64,000 nucleotides of DNA from Octopus sinensis (Eukaryota), in the NCBI RefSeq assembly GCF_006345805.1, contig NC_043004.1, forward strand, positions 30,194,001 to 30,258,000. The letters run 5' to 3'. Shown here piece after piece: positions 41,281-54,628 of the stretch (within the stretch, counting starts at the first letter, position 1; each line of letters opens with the position of its first letter). The notes under the pieces were generated by a model, which saw nothing but the letters and a program-made list of their open reading frames with translations, made no database searches and was not told the origin of the DNA. The position numbers and the translations under genes were made by a program.

Positions 41281-41640
41281 TATTGTTGTATTTAGGAATG
41301 GTCATTTTGCCAGTTTAGCCAATAAAAACACACGCACTATATATTTCATGTTACTTTGCTTCAGCGTTATTTATTTTTTACATTAATCTTAATCTTATTT
41401 CGGCCAGAGTTCTTTCGTCACACTACTGTGACCTCATCAGTGGTCCTTTGCTTTCTTCTTTCTTATTTGTGTGTCTCTCCTTACTAACTGTCAGCTATTT
41501 TGTATATCTATCGTATGTGTCTTCATTTGCGCATGCATATATCTCTATGTGTGTTTATGTTTAGTTAGTGTGTGTGTGTGGGGGGGGGGATGCCTGTAAT
41601 ATTTGTATCTCCTGTTTATATACGTTCGTGTAATTTGTGT
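41281..41640 (-). mobile_element. Probable Penelope-like element terminal repeat (pLTR) fragment carrying the hammerhead
   Basis: Non-coding unique block containing the hammerhead and an AATAAA, bounded by (TACA)n/(TG)n microsatellites. Minimal hammerheads are known hallmarks of PLE pLTRs. Confidence 0.5.
41402..41446 (-). ncRNA. Minimal type I hammerhead ribozyme motif
   Basis: Minus strand reads GGACCA-CTGATGA-G-GTCAC(AGTAGT)GTGAC-GAAA-G(AA)C-T-C|TGGCC. Intact core, 5-bp stem II, 2-bp stem III, stem I with one bulge, CUC cleavage triplet. Confidence 0.7.
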
Positions 41641-42273
41641 GTGTGTGTGTGCGTGTGTGAATGCTGGCCTATGTATAAATACCCACACACACATAGAAAT
41701 GTATGTAAAACAATTTCATTAGCTTCCTTTCCACCCCAGTTTAATGACACTCTATGTGATAGATATTTAGATCAACAAAATTCCTTTTATAAACCTAAAT
41801 ACTAAAACAAAACTACATGTTTCAGAAAAACAGAAACCATTTCCTTTCACCTGAAGACTTCTTTTATTTAATCACATTTCTAACTTCATTGCATACTTCA
41901 CCACCATATCATTCCCTAAATGTACAACATGAGTTATTTCATGAATATCATGTAATCATTTATTAACTTTAATTAATATAAATGGATTATGATTAAATAT
42001 ATTTAGCAAAATTGTAGAATTTATTGTTCATTTCTTATGATATTGGAATTATTTTTGCGTTTGGTAATGGTTTTGTTGAATGTTTAGAAGCCGATCTGAT
42101 TTGCTTGGTGTATGCATATGTATGAGTGTAGGAATATATTATATATTATATATGTGCATATGTATATTTGTGCATATATATGTGTGTGAGTATATATATA
42201 TATATATTATACATGATTACATGTGCATATGTATATTATGTATATTAGTGTGTATGTATATATATATATGTTT

Positions 42274-42337
<64 letters not shown>

Positions 42338-42834
42338 ATATGTGTGCAACATCATGCATAGAAACACATATGCACACACATATGCATATCATAATATATA
42401 TATATATATATATATGTGTGTATATTAATATATGTATGTTTACATGCACATTTATACAATTTTATATAAATGTGTATGTATATATGTGTGTGTACATATA
42501 TATAGATATACATACATCCATACGTGCATACATATATAATATATAAATATATATATATGTTTGAGCACACACACACACACATAGCTACATACATGTGTAA
42601 ATTGTTGTCGTTGTCATTATCGTTGTTTTAACAAACTACATCTGTTGTTTTTGTGGTTCATTGTTGTAAAGTGATAATGATATCAATGGTAATAATAATA
42701 ATGATGATGATGATGATGATGATATTGACGTTGATGCTATTATTTTTTTTATACAATCATTATTACAATTATTATTAATATTATTAATATTATGATTATT
42801 GTTACAATTATTATCATTATTATTATTATTATTA

Positions 42835-42869
<35 letters not shown>

Positions 42870-42907
42870 GTTTTGTTGTTGTTGTTATTTGGTGTTGTTA
42901 TCTGACT

Positions 42908-43260
42908 TCATATATCAGCCACAACAACCCGGCCATCATTGATTGTGGCTTGTTTCATAAGCTGGTAGGCCGCTTTGTTTTTGCTGTTTGGGTTGTTGCA
43001 GTATTCTTCGGTGGAAGAGCCTATTCCATCGTCATCTTCTCCTTGGCTGCCGTCAATGAAAGAGGTCTGCATGACACAGTGTCGGCGAGAGAGTGGGCTC
43101 TGGTCAAGGGGTGGGAGATGAGAAGTGAGCTGTTGGTTTTGTGAAGATGACTTTTGAAAATGTTGTCTACGGTAGCAATAGACAATGATGAGAGTTAGCA
43201 GTAAGACGAAAATTAGAGGAGCCACAACACATGCTGTAATCAGCAGGATCTCTTCCAAAC
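42908..43260 (-). CDS. Terminal coding exon: TM helix (ILLITACVVAPLIFVLLLTLIIVYCY), RRQ stop-transfer, ~85-aa cytoplasmic tail ending RVVVADI*. CUB-LDLa-TM type I membrane protein (NETO/SOL-2/LEV-10/Culd-like architecture)
   Basis: Strong acceptor ttcttttttttttccccag (43261-43279). It starts GT, which completes Cys with the LDLa exon, and ends TGA at 42908-42910. Complex non-repetitive sequence in a repeat-rich neighbourhood. Orthology not established. Confidence 0.85.
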
Positions 43261-43699
43261 CTGGGGAAAAAAAAAGAATAATGATAATAATAATAACAAT
43301 AATTACTACAACAACAACAATTATAATAATAGTTATTTATAATATATTCATTTAATAATGGCCACAACACCAACAATGATGATGCTGTTGAAGAAGAGAA
43401 AGAAGCAGGGATGGTGAAGATGATGATGATGGTGATAGTGGTGATGCTGATAATTATGATGCTAATTGTGGTGATGGTAGTAATAACGATGTTGAGGGAG
43501 ATAGTTGTGTTGGTAGTTCTGGTGGTGATAATGGTTCTGCTGCTACTGCTGCTGATAGTGATGATGATTCTGTGGTGGTAATAGTGAGGGTGATGCCGAT
43601 GGCATCTAACATAGGCAGAAAATCAGTAAAAGTTTGTGTGGGAGCATAATCAATCAAATTGACCCTAATGATTGATATTGATCTTAGGAAGGTGATCAA

Positions 43700-44250
43700 T
43701 ACTTGTGTTAAAAATCACATCAGCAACATGAAATACTGATGGCATAAACATATGCCATAGACTGAATTCGCACATCCCTGGGGATATGCTGACTCGCAGT
43801 GATGAACATCTAGGATAACTAACCAGATATTGTAGTCGTGGATCACTAGGAAAGGAAATACCCACTGCTATTCTAATTGATATATCAGCACCAGTAGATG
43901 ATGATATAGCTCTAAAAGAAATGGAGAAATTATCCAAGTATAAAGGTCTGAAAATAGAGATAATGTGAATGTAGGGACAGAAAATAGAACAATCCCTATT
44001 ATAATGGGAATTTTGGGAATGATAAAAAAATTATATTATGACAAATATTTAACTAAAACCTTAGAACTTAGAATATGCATAACATTCAGGTAATAACAGT
44101 TAGTGGTATACATATTTTTATGTAGGGTAGAGTGAATGCGATAGACAATACAAAACCAAATCAAAACATTGTATATACCAAGGCACACAGTGGTGTGCTT
44201 AGTAGTGAAGTGAAAGCATGTAATAAAAATATAAGTATGGAATAATAATA
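43700..44250 (+). mobile_element. R4/Dong-like 3' end (REL domain plus 3' UTR ending in (AAT)n)
   Basis: ILIDISAPVDDDIALKEMEKLSKYKGLKIEI. Confidence 0.75.
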
Positions 44251-44689
44251 ACAGTAATAATAATAATGATAATAATAATAATAATAATAATATAATAATA
44301 ATGATAATAAAAATAATAATAATAATCTACTGTAATAATACTCTTGCATTTTTCTCTGTCACAACATATGAATGAGAAAGGAAGGGGTGATGGCAAATTG
44401 GTAGTGGGAGTGTTTCAACTCTGTGTGAGTATATGTGTGTATGTGTGTGCATGTACAAGGGAAGCATGTGAATGTATGTGTGAACCAGCGTTCTTTCATT
44501 ATGAAATGATGATTGATGTCACATCTCCAAAACCAACCACTATATAACATTGACAAGCATATTAATTTGATTTACCATCATATTTATACATAAAATACTA
44601 CAATTAGCTGTCGTTTTTGATGGCATGGGGCCGCTAGTAATAATAATAATGATAAGAATAAGAATAAGAATAAGAATAATAATAATATT

Positions 44690-45800
44690 CCAGTAGAGTG
44701 AGATAAAAAAAAATTAAGAAACGAAACAAATCACCAGTAGAGAGTACATAAGGAGAATAAGAAAATTATTGCAGTCAAGGATGAATTCCAGAAATCTTAT
44801 TGAAGCAATAAATTCAAGAGCAGTACCCTTAATTAGATATGGAGTTGGAATTATAGACTGGACCAGAAGTGAAATGAAGAAACTTGACAGAAAAACTGGG
44901 AATGATGTATGGAACCCACCATCCAAAAGCTGATATCAACTGGCTGTACTTGAGGAGAGACCAGTGTGGAAGAGGCTTAACAGCAGTAGAAGAATGTATA
45001 CAGATGGAAAGAAAAAACCTGGTAGAATATTAACAGAGCAGCACAGGAAAATTACTAAAGGTGGTTAAGAAAGAACAGGTGATGAAGTGCATAATAGGAG
45101 AAAAGGGCAAGAATGAAATACAAAGAGAGCACATCAGACAGATTGAAGAGAAACTTCTGCATGGCCAATTTTGGAGAGCCACTGAAGATGTTTCTGGAAC
45201 GAAAACAGAGAGCCTAATTGTAAGCAGCCCAAGATCAAGCAATAAAATAAACAACTTGAGAAAAAATATATATGGAGAGAATGTGTCAGAAAAATGTAGA
45301 GCCTGTGGAACTTGGAACGAGACAGTACCACACATTGTGGAAGAATGCCCCAAGTTGGCACAAGAAGAATATAAGAAATGGTGGCAAGACCAAGTTTTAC
45401 ACTGGAAACTGCCAGATTTGAAGCTGGAAACACATGGTACAATCACTGATTTGAAAGAGTGCTAGAGTTGGAGAAGTGTAAGATTTTGTAGGACTTACCT
45501 CTTCAAATGGACAAAAAGTTAGATAATAATAGACCAGATATTATGATCACAGATAAAGAAAAGTGAGGTTGCTTAATTATCTACCCATCGTGCCCATTTG
45601 ATTTCAGGATCATAAAGAAAGAGGTAGAAAAGCAAAAAAAAATAATCCTCAAAAATTTGAAATAAGAAGAATTTGGAGCATGAGAAAGTAAAAGTTGTGC
45701 CTACAATAATTGGTGTGTTGGGAACAGTAAGTCAAGATATAGACAAATGGCCAAATGAGATTGAAATAGAATGCTCAGTAGAGCTTCTACATCATAGAAA
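44690..45800 (+). mobile_element. R4/Dong-like non-LTR retrotransposon 3' fragment (CCHC knuckle plus restriction-like endonuclease)
   Basis: AVPLIRYGVGIIDWT, HPKADINWLYL, LHGQF, CRACGTWNETVPHIVEEC, ...VVPTIIGVLG. Next to (TAA)n. Confidence 0.8.
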
Positions 45801-45814
45801 AGGTTTCAGAAAAT

Positions 45815-45965
45815 GACAAAGCAACCATACTCTTGGATATGTCAACCTACACAGATATAGAGATTAAAGCTAATTGATCAGATATAGCTATCAGAGATCA
45901 TCAAGAAAAAAATGTCTTCTAATTGGCATATCAATCCTAACAGATGATAATGTATCTCTAAAAGG
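45815..45965 (+). mobile_element. R4/Dong-like REL fragment
   Basis: VSENDKATILLDM...IKAN*SDIAIRDHQEKK...DDNVSLK. Confidence 0.7.
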
Positions 45966-47772
45966 AAAATAACAAAAATAAGATGGCAAAAAGATAATAA
46001 GATGCCAATAAAACCTCTGGTTGTTGATTAACAAGGTATCTCCACAGATACTGGAGTAGTCTAACCACCAGGAAAAAGTGGCCTCTCTTAGTTAAAATCT
46101 CCTGTTTTACAGACACATTCTTACTGTAGGATCCCTTCCCTTGGGCTATATTCAATAGCTTCTTTCAGCAAATTTACTGGAGGAAGCACTTTCTTCTCCA
46201 GATGAGACTTGAAAAAGACCAAAGAGGACTTGGTTAAAGAGAATAGTGGCTGTTTTCTGTCTGTTTAATCTTGTCGACTGCACAAACATTTTTATCATAG
46301 CCTCCAGACAGGAAAACAATCAGCCTACCAAGTGAAAGGAAAGTGGAGGCTGTCTTCATAATAAGTTCTGCTAATACCTAGATGTGCCCTTCATGCTGCA
46401 GTTTGATAATACTCTACAAATTAGAAAAACCTGGACACCGAATCAGTACATCTAGAATAATTTTTTTGTTTTCTATATATCTTGACCAGACCTGGCTGAT
46501 GAAGAAAATGGAAAGTGTTTTTGACTTAATCAACTCAACCTCCAAATTTGTGGGAGCAGTGTAATTGATTACATCACTATATATTTTACTGACTATGGAT
46601 TTGAACTTAGAATGTAAAGTGATGGGACCAAATACTATATTTTATAGTACTCCAAAGGGAAATGGTAATATGTTGAATCTATAACAGTAAAGGAAAAATA
46701 TAAAAAAACAAAACACCTTTTCTCTATTTCTCATTATTGAGATAATTTGAATATAAATGCCACTAATTACTAATGAATTTCAGTGGAAAATAAGGATGAA
46801 TGTCTCTGAGTTCAATTCCATGTTGTTTACAGATAAATTTTAAGACCCTAAGGGTAAAATTATTAATATACAAGGGAAAAATTGTTCTCTTTTACAGCAT
46901 ATTCAAGGAAAGAATATGTTTGATTTAAGAATACATATTTTTTACACTCACATACACACACAATCCCCAATGACACATCCACTCTATAGACACACACAAA
47001 CACACACACACACATAAATATACTTTTATATATATATATATGAATATACATATAAGTATGTAAATGTGTGTATACATATATATGCAAATGATTCAAATGT
47101 CACTAATTCTGTAATAACTGCCAGGTGTTGTAATTGCTTGCATGCAATAATGTTGTTCAATCATAAAGAATTGTTAAAGTTCAACCATGCTATCAAATTA
47201 GTTATTTTCCTCCCATATTTGATTCTCCAAGAATTACTAACAAAAGACGGTATAGGGTTAAGAGCTTTGCTAAACATAATTAAAAAAATTAAATAAACTT
47301 TCTCCTGCAAACTGTTCGTGACTGAAGTAAAGGTCTCCATATACAGTCTGGCATTCATAAATGTGCTACGTTAGCAATGAAAGAAGTTAGACATGAAAAC
47401 TGACAAGGAATATAACAACCTTTGAGGCATGTTTTTCAGTTGATCATCAGCTACATTGACATTGGGAAGTTTTAAATGGTTTGTAGGTTGACATCGGTTA
47501 ACGTCTGTATGCCTGTCTCTCAGTCTGTCTATCTGTCTGTCTCTTTATCTCCATGAATTCACATCCCACTCATATGAAAATGAGTATCAGCTGCTGCTGC
47601 TGCTGCTCATTTTCAACTGACTGGAATGAAGCAATGCTTTTCTCCAGGATATAATGAACTGACAAACCTAAAGATCATAAGCCCAACAGTGAAGTCACTG
47701 CACAACACATCTCCATTTCATACACACATGCACACATGCACACACACACAGACAAACATATATACATATGTT

Positions 47773-47809
<37 letters not shown>

Positions 47810-47989
47810 AATAGCACTAACCAACAGAGAAAAAACAACTACAACAACCTTACTAACCAACTATGTGACAGCCACAACAGCTCAAACAACAACACAAACA
47901 CACTCAGAAATAATAAAAATAATAATAGGGTAGCCACAAGAACAAATGTAAATAGAACCCACTGGATAGGTACTGGCTGTACAAGCACA

Positions 47990-48290
47990 AACATAATTGA
48001 TAATCTATGCTCATGCAGGGACCATTCAAAATGTCTTCTGGGTAACCAATGCAAAACCTGAAATGTTGTGTACAGGTGCACCGTAAATACTAGAGGAGAT
48101 CCCTATGTATATATCAGTGCATCAGCTGATATTTTCAAAAATAGATATAGAAACCATATCACCAGGTTTTAAAAAATCTTTAAACAGCATGCAACATCAC
48201 TGGCTGATTTCATCTGGTAACTCAGGGAAGAGAAGGTAAAATACGACCTGATCTGGTCAATAATTAGACATGCAAGTCCCTACAACACAC
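47990..48290 (+). mobile_element. Penelope-like element GIY-YIG relic, second lineage
   Basis: One frame with 3 stops: NLCSCRDHSKCLLGNQCKT*NVVYRCTV...YVYISASADIFKNRYRNH...LADFIW*LREEKVKYDLIWSIIRHASPYN. Confidence 0.75.
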
Positions 48291-48572
48291 TTATCCCCCC
48301 CACATATAGACATACTTATTTATGATGGGCTTCTATCAGTTTCTGTCTACCAAATCCACTCATGAGGTTTTGGTCGACCTGAGGCTATAGTAATAAACAC
48401 TTGTCCAAGGTGCCATGAAGTGTGACTGAACCCTGAACCATGTGGTTGGAAAGCAAGTTTCCTACCATACAGCCATACCTGTGCCTATTAAATTGATTAT
48501 ACATGTGTGTATGTGTATGTGTGTGTATTAGCTATCTACGCACATGCACACATCTATCAGTGAGTGTGTATG

Positions 48573-48607
<35 letters not shown>

Positions 48608-50294
48608 GTCATGATGAGAGTGTGTTTGCATGGTAAAGAATAGCCCCACCATTATCAAACTATACACTAAAACATAGAAAATTTTAAAATACTCAAATCT
48701 TGACCAAATTAAATTTCACATTAACAAAACCATTCTACCATGAACATCAACAGTTTAGAACAAATCCACCCACCTCCTAATTAATGATACAAACTGTCTT
48801 TATGAGATTAACAGATAAATTCACCAAAGAAACAAAAATATAACAACAATATACAAACACAATCAGTCATCAACAAATTTTAGCAAAGTAAACACAAGAC
48901 CACAAAAACAAAATAACAAATGAAGAAGCATAAAAACAACAGCTAATGAACAGAAGCAAAAAACAAAACAAAACAAAAACTAAACTAGACAAACAAGAAA
49001 CCACACCCACAATAACATCAATGACTATATTTTTAACACTGTTGACACCACCAGATTAACTGATACTGCCTAGGTGTCAAAACCATTATGATACTTGTTA
49101 GGCAGCTGAAGAAGGAACATATATATTTTCTGTATTTGTTAATATGCATGTTTTTGCATTTGGAACCCTGTGTACCTTGTGTTCTCATTGTTTTGATGTT
49201 GTTTTCTCTTGAGATTCTAACTCTGATAAAGGTTAGATTTGTTCAGGCAATTTATAGGTTATGGTGGTTTTGTTGCGTAGCACCAAAGATTGTTGCTGCA
49301 GTTTTTACTGGACGATCACAAAAGCATGAAACTTAACATATAAATTCAGTTTCAATAAACTGTTTCATTATCATTATTACCATTGTCATCATCATCATCA
49401 TCATCATTTAACACCCACTTTCAATGCTGGTATGAGTTGGATGGGTTAAGATACAAGTCTTTTCTTACATAGAACTTGGGGACCACTGCTCTCATAGATA
49501 GGTACAGTGTACTGGGTGCATTTTTTGTAGCACCAATACTATAGAAGTTGTCTCAATCACAATTCACCTGCTGAGTGAACATGGTGGAATTTGTCATAGC
49601 ATAAGAAGGTGAGGTACCTAGTACACAGTAAAAGTGGGGAGTATCCAGTAACTTCAGGTATACAGACTGAAGAGGGGAATGTGGGAGAGGGGCAATGATA
49701 GCAGAAAGGTCAGAAGTTGGCAGGAGAGATGTAATGGGAATAGCTACGTAACTGTAGAGTACAGTAACTGCTTGATAACTTAGGGAGTGAACATTGGTTC
49801 AAGTGACCTAGGGGAGAGAGAGAGAAAGAGAGAGCAAAAGAGAGAAAACAAGAGAGCAAGGTATCATAAGGACCATAATGGGGAAACTGTGTAAGGGACA
49901 AGAGTATAATGGGAAAGGCAGGGATATTAGGAATGAGATGAAGTCCTTAGCAGAGTGATTAGCAATAGAAGAAGTGAACAAAGACAAGGGTGAATGATCA
50001 GCATGGCCAAGGTAAAATATATTGTGTCGGGCTCCTGTGCCAGTGGCACATAAAAAGCAGCATTCAAATGTGATCGTTACCAGCATTGCTTTACTGGCAC
50101 TTGTGCCGGTGGCACATGAAAAAATATTCGAGTGAGAAGTATTACCTTGATGGCAAAGAAAATGATTGGTCTTAAGAACGGTGTCTAACTGCAGAAAATT
50201 TCCCTAATTCTATTGGCGTAGATCTGGGTGATGAAAACTGAAAGAAGCCTATTATGTGTATGTATGTGTGTGTGTTTGTTTGTGTGTGTGTGTG

Positions 50295-50333
<39 letters not shown>

Positions 50334-50597
50334 TGTGTATGACTCTGTTAGTGTTTGTCACCCACCACCACAAGACAACTGGTGTTGGTTTGTTTACATC
50401 ACTGAAATTTAGTGGTTTGGCAAACAGAGATTGATAGAATAAGAGCCAGGCTTAAAAAAAAAGAAAAACAGTACTAGGCTTGATTTGTTTGACTAAACCC
50501 TTCAAGGCAGTGCATCAGTATGACTACAGTCCAATGACTGAAACAGGTAAAAGATAAAAGATACATATATATATATACATGCATGCATGCATGTATG

Positions 50598-50631
<34 letters not shown>

Positions 50632-53600
50632 TGTATGTATGTATGTATGTATGCATGTATGTATGTATGTATGTATGTATGTATGGGTATAGGTACAACT
50701 GAGTGGTTATGAAGAATATTTCCAAACCGTGTACTTCTAAGTTCAATCTCAATGCCTAGCACCATGGGTATGTGTCTTCTACTGTAACCTCTAGTTGACA
50801 AATGTTTGTTGAGTGAAATTCGTTTGATGGAAACTATGCAGAAGCTCACATGTAAATATGTGTCTGTTTGGGTAGATGAAATAAGCACTGGGGGCGAATA
50901 TATTTGACTAAATTATGGCTGTGTGGTTAGGGAGCTTGCTTCCTAGCTACATGGTTTCGGGTTCAGTCCCACTGCGTGGCACTTTGGGTAGGTGTCTTTC
51001 ACTATAGCCCCGAGCTGACCGGAGCTTTGTGATTGAATTCGGTAGGTGGAAGTTACTGCCGTGTGTGTATATGTGCGTGTAGGTGCTTGTGCCTCTCCCA
51101 AAGAGAGAGAGAGAGGGTGTTGATGTAGCAGAATCGTTAGCACGACAGGCAAAATGCTTAGCAGCATTTGTCTGTCTTTATATTCTGAGTACAAATACTA
51201 CTGCGGTTGACTTTGCCTCTCATCCTTTTAGAGTTGATAAAATAAATACCAGTTGAGCTCTGGGGGTCAATGTGATCAACTAACCTCTCCCACGAAGTTG
51301 GTGGCCTTGTTCCAAAATTTGAAACCAATAAGGTATAAATCTTTGAACATGGTGCCCCAGCATAGCCACAACAAATGACAGAAACTAGTGAAAGAATACA
51401 AGGATACCACAATTTTTCCATTCCCAAACACCAAATATCTTATGGCATATATTTTATTGATAACAGTTCTTGTGTGAGAGATTTCTACAGAATTAGTCCT
51501 TTACAAAGGTGTGTTGTGCCTACAAAGACCAATCAACCTTCTTTTTAAGAAAGGAATCTCTTTACTAGGGGCTCAAATGAATTCAGCACATGAAGAAAGC
51601 TACAGAAACATTAATGATTTTTACCTCATCATTACAGCCTCATGAATTAGATCTTCCTATAGGCCATAAAACATCTGAGCCAATAATTTATACTGAATGC
51701 AAACCCTTGAATTGCAGAACTAACAATTTTGGCTGTCGTAAAATTAGGCATTTCAAATGTTAAAAAAAATAAAATAGAAGAAAAATATGAATTTTGAATA
51801 ATTCTAATTGGAACCAAATCTCAGAGAAAATCATCACATTAAATAATTAAGTGGTTAATACTTCACTGTTGATTTGGTTCCTGCAACTAATTATTGAACA
51901 GAAGAGGGGAAATGACAAAAGAACACATATTGTTACCTCCCTTTAGTGGAAAAAAAAAGAACATGCCACCTCAGTTCCCCGCCCCCCATCAAATTCATCA
52001 TCATCATCATCATCATCACTACTATTATCATGAATTTAATGTAAAAAAATTCATGGAAAACTTTCAAATAAATTAAATTTTTGTAAAATCAGATTTTTTT
52101 ATATTTTTAAATTTTTCTTTTTATTTGGGTCAAAATTTCCATTATCAGTTTTATTCTAATTTAGAATCAGCAAAAACAACATGTGTACAAAATGATGAAT
52201 GTATAAAATGTGACCAAAATAATGCATAAAATATTAAAGATAATGGGTGTATAGAGTGTGTTGCACATAATGGTTGCATAGAATAGGCACAAAAATATTA
52301 GGTGTAAAATAATGGGTCCATAAAATGTACAAAAATAATAAGTGTATATGATATGTATCCTGTGTGATTGGAGTGGAAGACAATGTGCACAAAATGGTCT
52401 GACATGGAGGAAGAAATAGAAAGACAGGACTTCCTGCTTAGGAGAATCAAGAACAACAATAAGACGAAGAGAAACGAGGCAGCAACATGGACAGCCAAAA
52501 CAGTAACAACAACAACAACAACAGCAGCAAAAACAAAAACAACAACAGCAGCAAAAACAACAACAACAACAGCAGCAGCAACAGCAACAACAACAACAAC
52601 AACAACAAAATCTGCAACAACAACAGCAACAGCGACAGCCGCATCAACTGAATGGATCCATTTTGGACTAAAAGACTATAATGGCTTGTTCTGAAAATAG
52701 TGGAAGAAGTCTGTGATAGCTAAATAATATAATAAGTGATGATAATGGAATTGGTGGTGACATAACATTGAAAGTGGTTTTAGGGGAAGAGAAGAATTAT
52801 AATCACACCAACACTGGACATTACTAGAGTCTCTTGTAATGTTTCTGACATATCAGCCAGAAATTTGAGGCTAGGGGTATAGGAGTAGGGAGGGGGGGTA
52901 TTGTTGATCATATTGATCTCAGTGTCTGACTGGTATTGGTGTTTGATTTTGTCGATCCTTGGAAGGTAATGAAAGGTGAAATTGACCTGGATGAGGTTTG
53001 GAGTCAGAAATGTAAAGAGCTGAAGAAAATTGCATGTGGAAGATGTGAGTGGGGGTGAGAAAGAGAGGGAGAGAGAGGGTGAGAGAGAGGAGGGGAGAGA
53101 GAGTAGGATAGAGAGAGATGAGAAGGGAGAGATAGAAGGAGAATGAGAGGTAGAAACAAAGAGTAAGAGAAAGAGGAACAGAGAAAGAGGCAGGGAGAGA
53201 GAGAGAGAGACATACACAGATAGTCAAAGAGAGAGAGAGAGAGAAAGGGGCAAAATGAAAGAGAAAGAGAGTATGAGAGAGAGAGAGAGAGAGAGAAAGG
53301 GGCAAAATGAAAGAGAAAGAGAGCATGAGAGAGAGAGAGAGAAAGACAGAGACAGACAGACACAGATAGAAAGTGAGAAAGAAGGAAGGAAGAAAGAGAG
53401 GGAGAGAAAGAAAGAAAAGGAAGTAGAGAGAGATAGACAGACAGTCAGAGAAAGAAAGAAAGAAAGATAGAGAGATAGAGAGTGAGAGAAAGAGAGAGAA
53501 AGAGAGAGATACTGAATACTGACTGTAGCCTATGATATTGAAAATGCTTTATTTATGAGAATAATTGAATAGAAGTAGATTGAGAAACTGAGCGGGTATT

Positions 53601-54587
53601 GAACCAGCACCAAAATGATTTTGCCAATGCAATATCAGAATGATTAGATATATAATCATGCAATAATAGTACTATGGAATTTAAACAGCATATATATTTT
53701 TATTTATTGCCCACAAGGGGCTAAACATAGAGGGGATAAACAAGGACAAACAAAGGGATTAAGTCGATTACATCGACCCCAGTGCGTAACTGGTACTTTA
53801 TTTATCGACCCCGAAAGGATGAAAGGCAAAGTCGACCTTGGCGGAATTTGAACTCAGAATGTAACGACAGACGAAATGCCGCTAAGTATTTTGCCCGGTG
53901 CCCTAACGTTTCTGCCAGCTTGCCGCCTTTTTAAAAAGCATATATATATGTATACTGGATGAATATATACACATATACACACACACACACCCATATACCT
54001 ATATATGTGTGTGTGTGTGTGTCTAAGCATCATTTTGATGTTCACTTTTCGTGCTTGTATAGGCTAGACAGAGATTATCAAGGGAGATTTTTCTATGGCT
54101 AGATGCCCTTCCTCACCTCCTCTCTCTCATTTTGTCTCTTATTTATAAGGACACAGACACAAAGATACAGCGATCTGCACCCCCTCCCCACACACACAGA
54201 TGTAGCTAATGACAGAGTGCTTCCAGCTGTTCTAAAGTGGTAAATGTTGTCAGTGGTGTGCATGTGACATTTACAACAGTTGACAACATCCAGCAATATA
54301 TAAAGAGAGAGAGAGAGAGAGAGTGAGAGGGAAAGAGAGAGAGTGAGAGGGAAAGAGAGGTGAAAGGGAGAAAGGGAGGGAGAGAGAAAGAGATAGGCCC
54401 TCAGGATGGCTGTGGAAGATGTAGCAGAGAGAAGAGGAGATCAGGGTTCACAGACCAAGTATTGAATGCTCTATTAAGATGATGGTGATGATGACAATGA
54501 GAACGCTGACAACAATGATGATGACGATGATGATAATGATGATGATAATGAGGATGATGATGAGGATGATGATGAGGATGGAGATGG

Positions 54588-54628
<41 letters not shown>

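Noticed and set aside
43454-43699. Ser/Pro/Thr-rich ORF as a stalk exon before the TM exon
   Set aside because: Derived from degenerate (GAT/GGT) repeats; no convincing phase-1 splice sites found.
46497-46530. Other CTGATGA hits (also about 4727, 23153, 24105, 33817, 35842, 40246, 54817)
   Set aside because: No compatible stems; most lie within decayed SINE/LINE/transposon sequence.
47405-47455. Minus-strand CTGATGA-TCAACT-GAAA motif
   Set aside because: No stem II, stem III is out of register and stem I is unpaired.
47839-48081. Hydrophobic minus-strand ORF as an extra TM exon
   Set aside because: It is the antisense of the Penelope GIY-YIG relic plus (CAA)-rich repeats.
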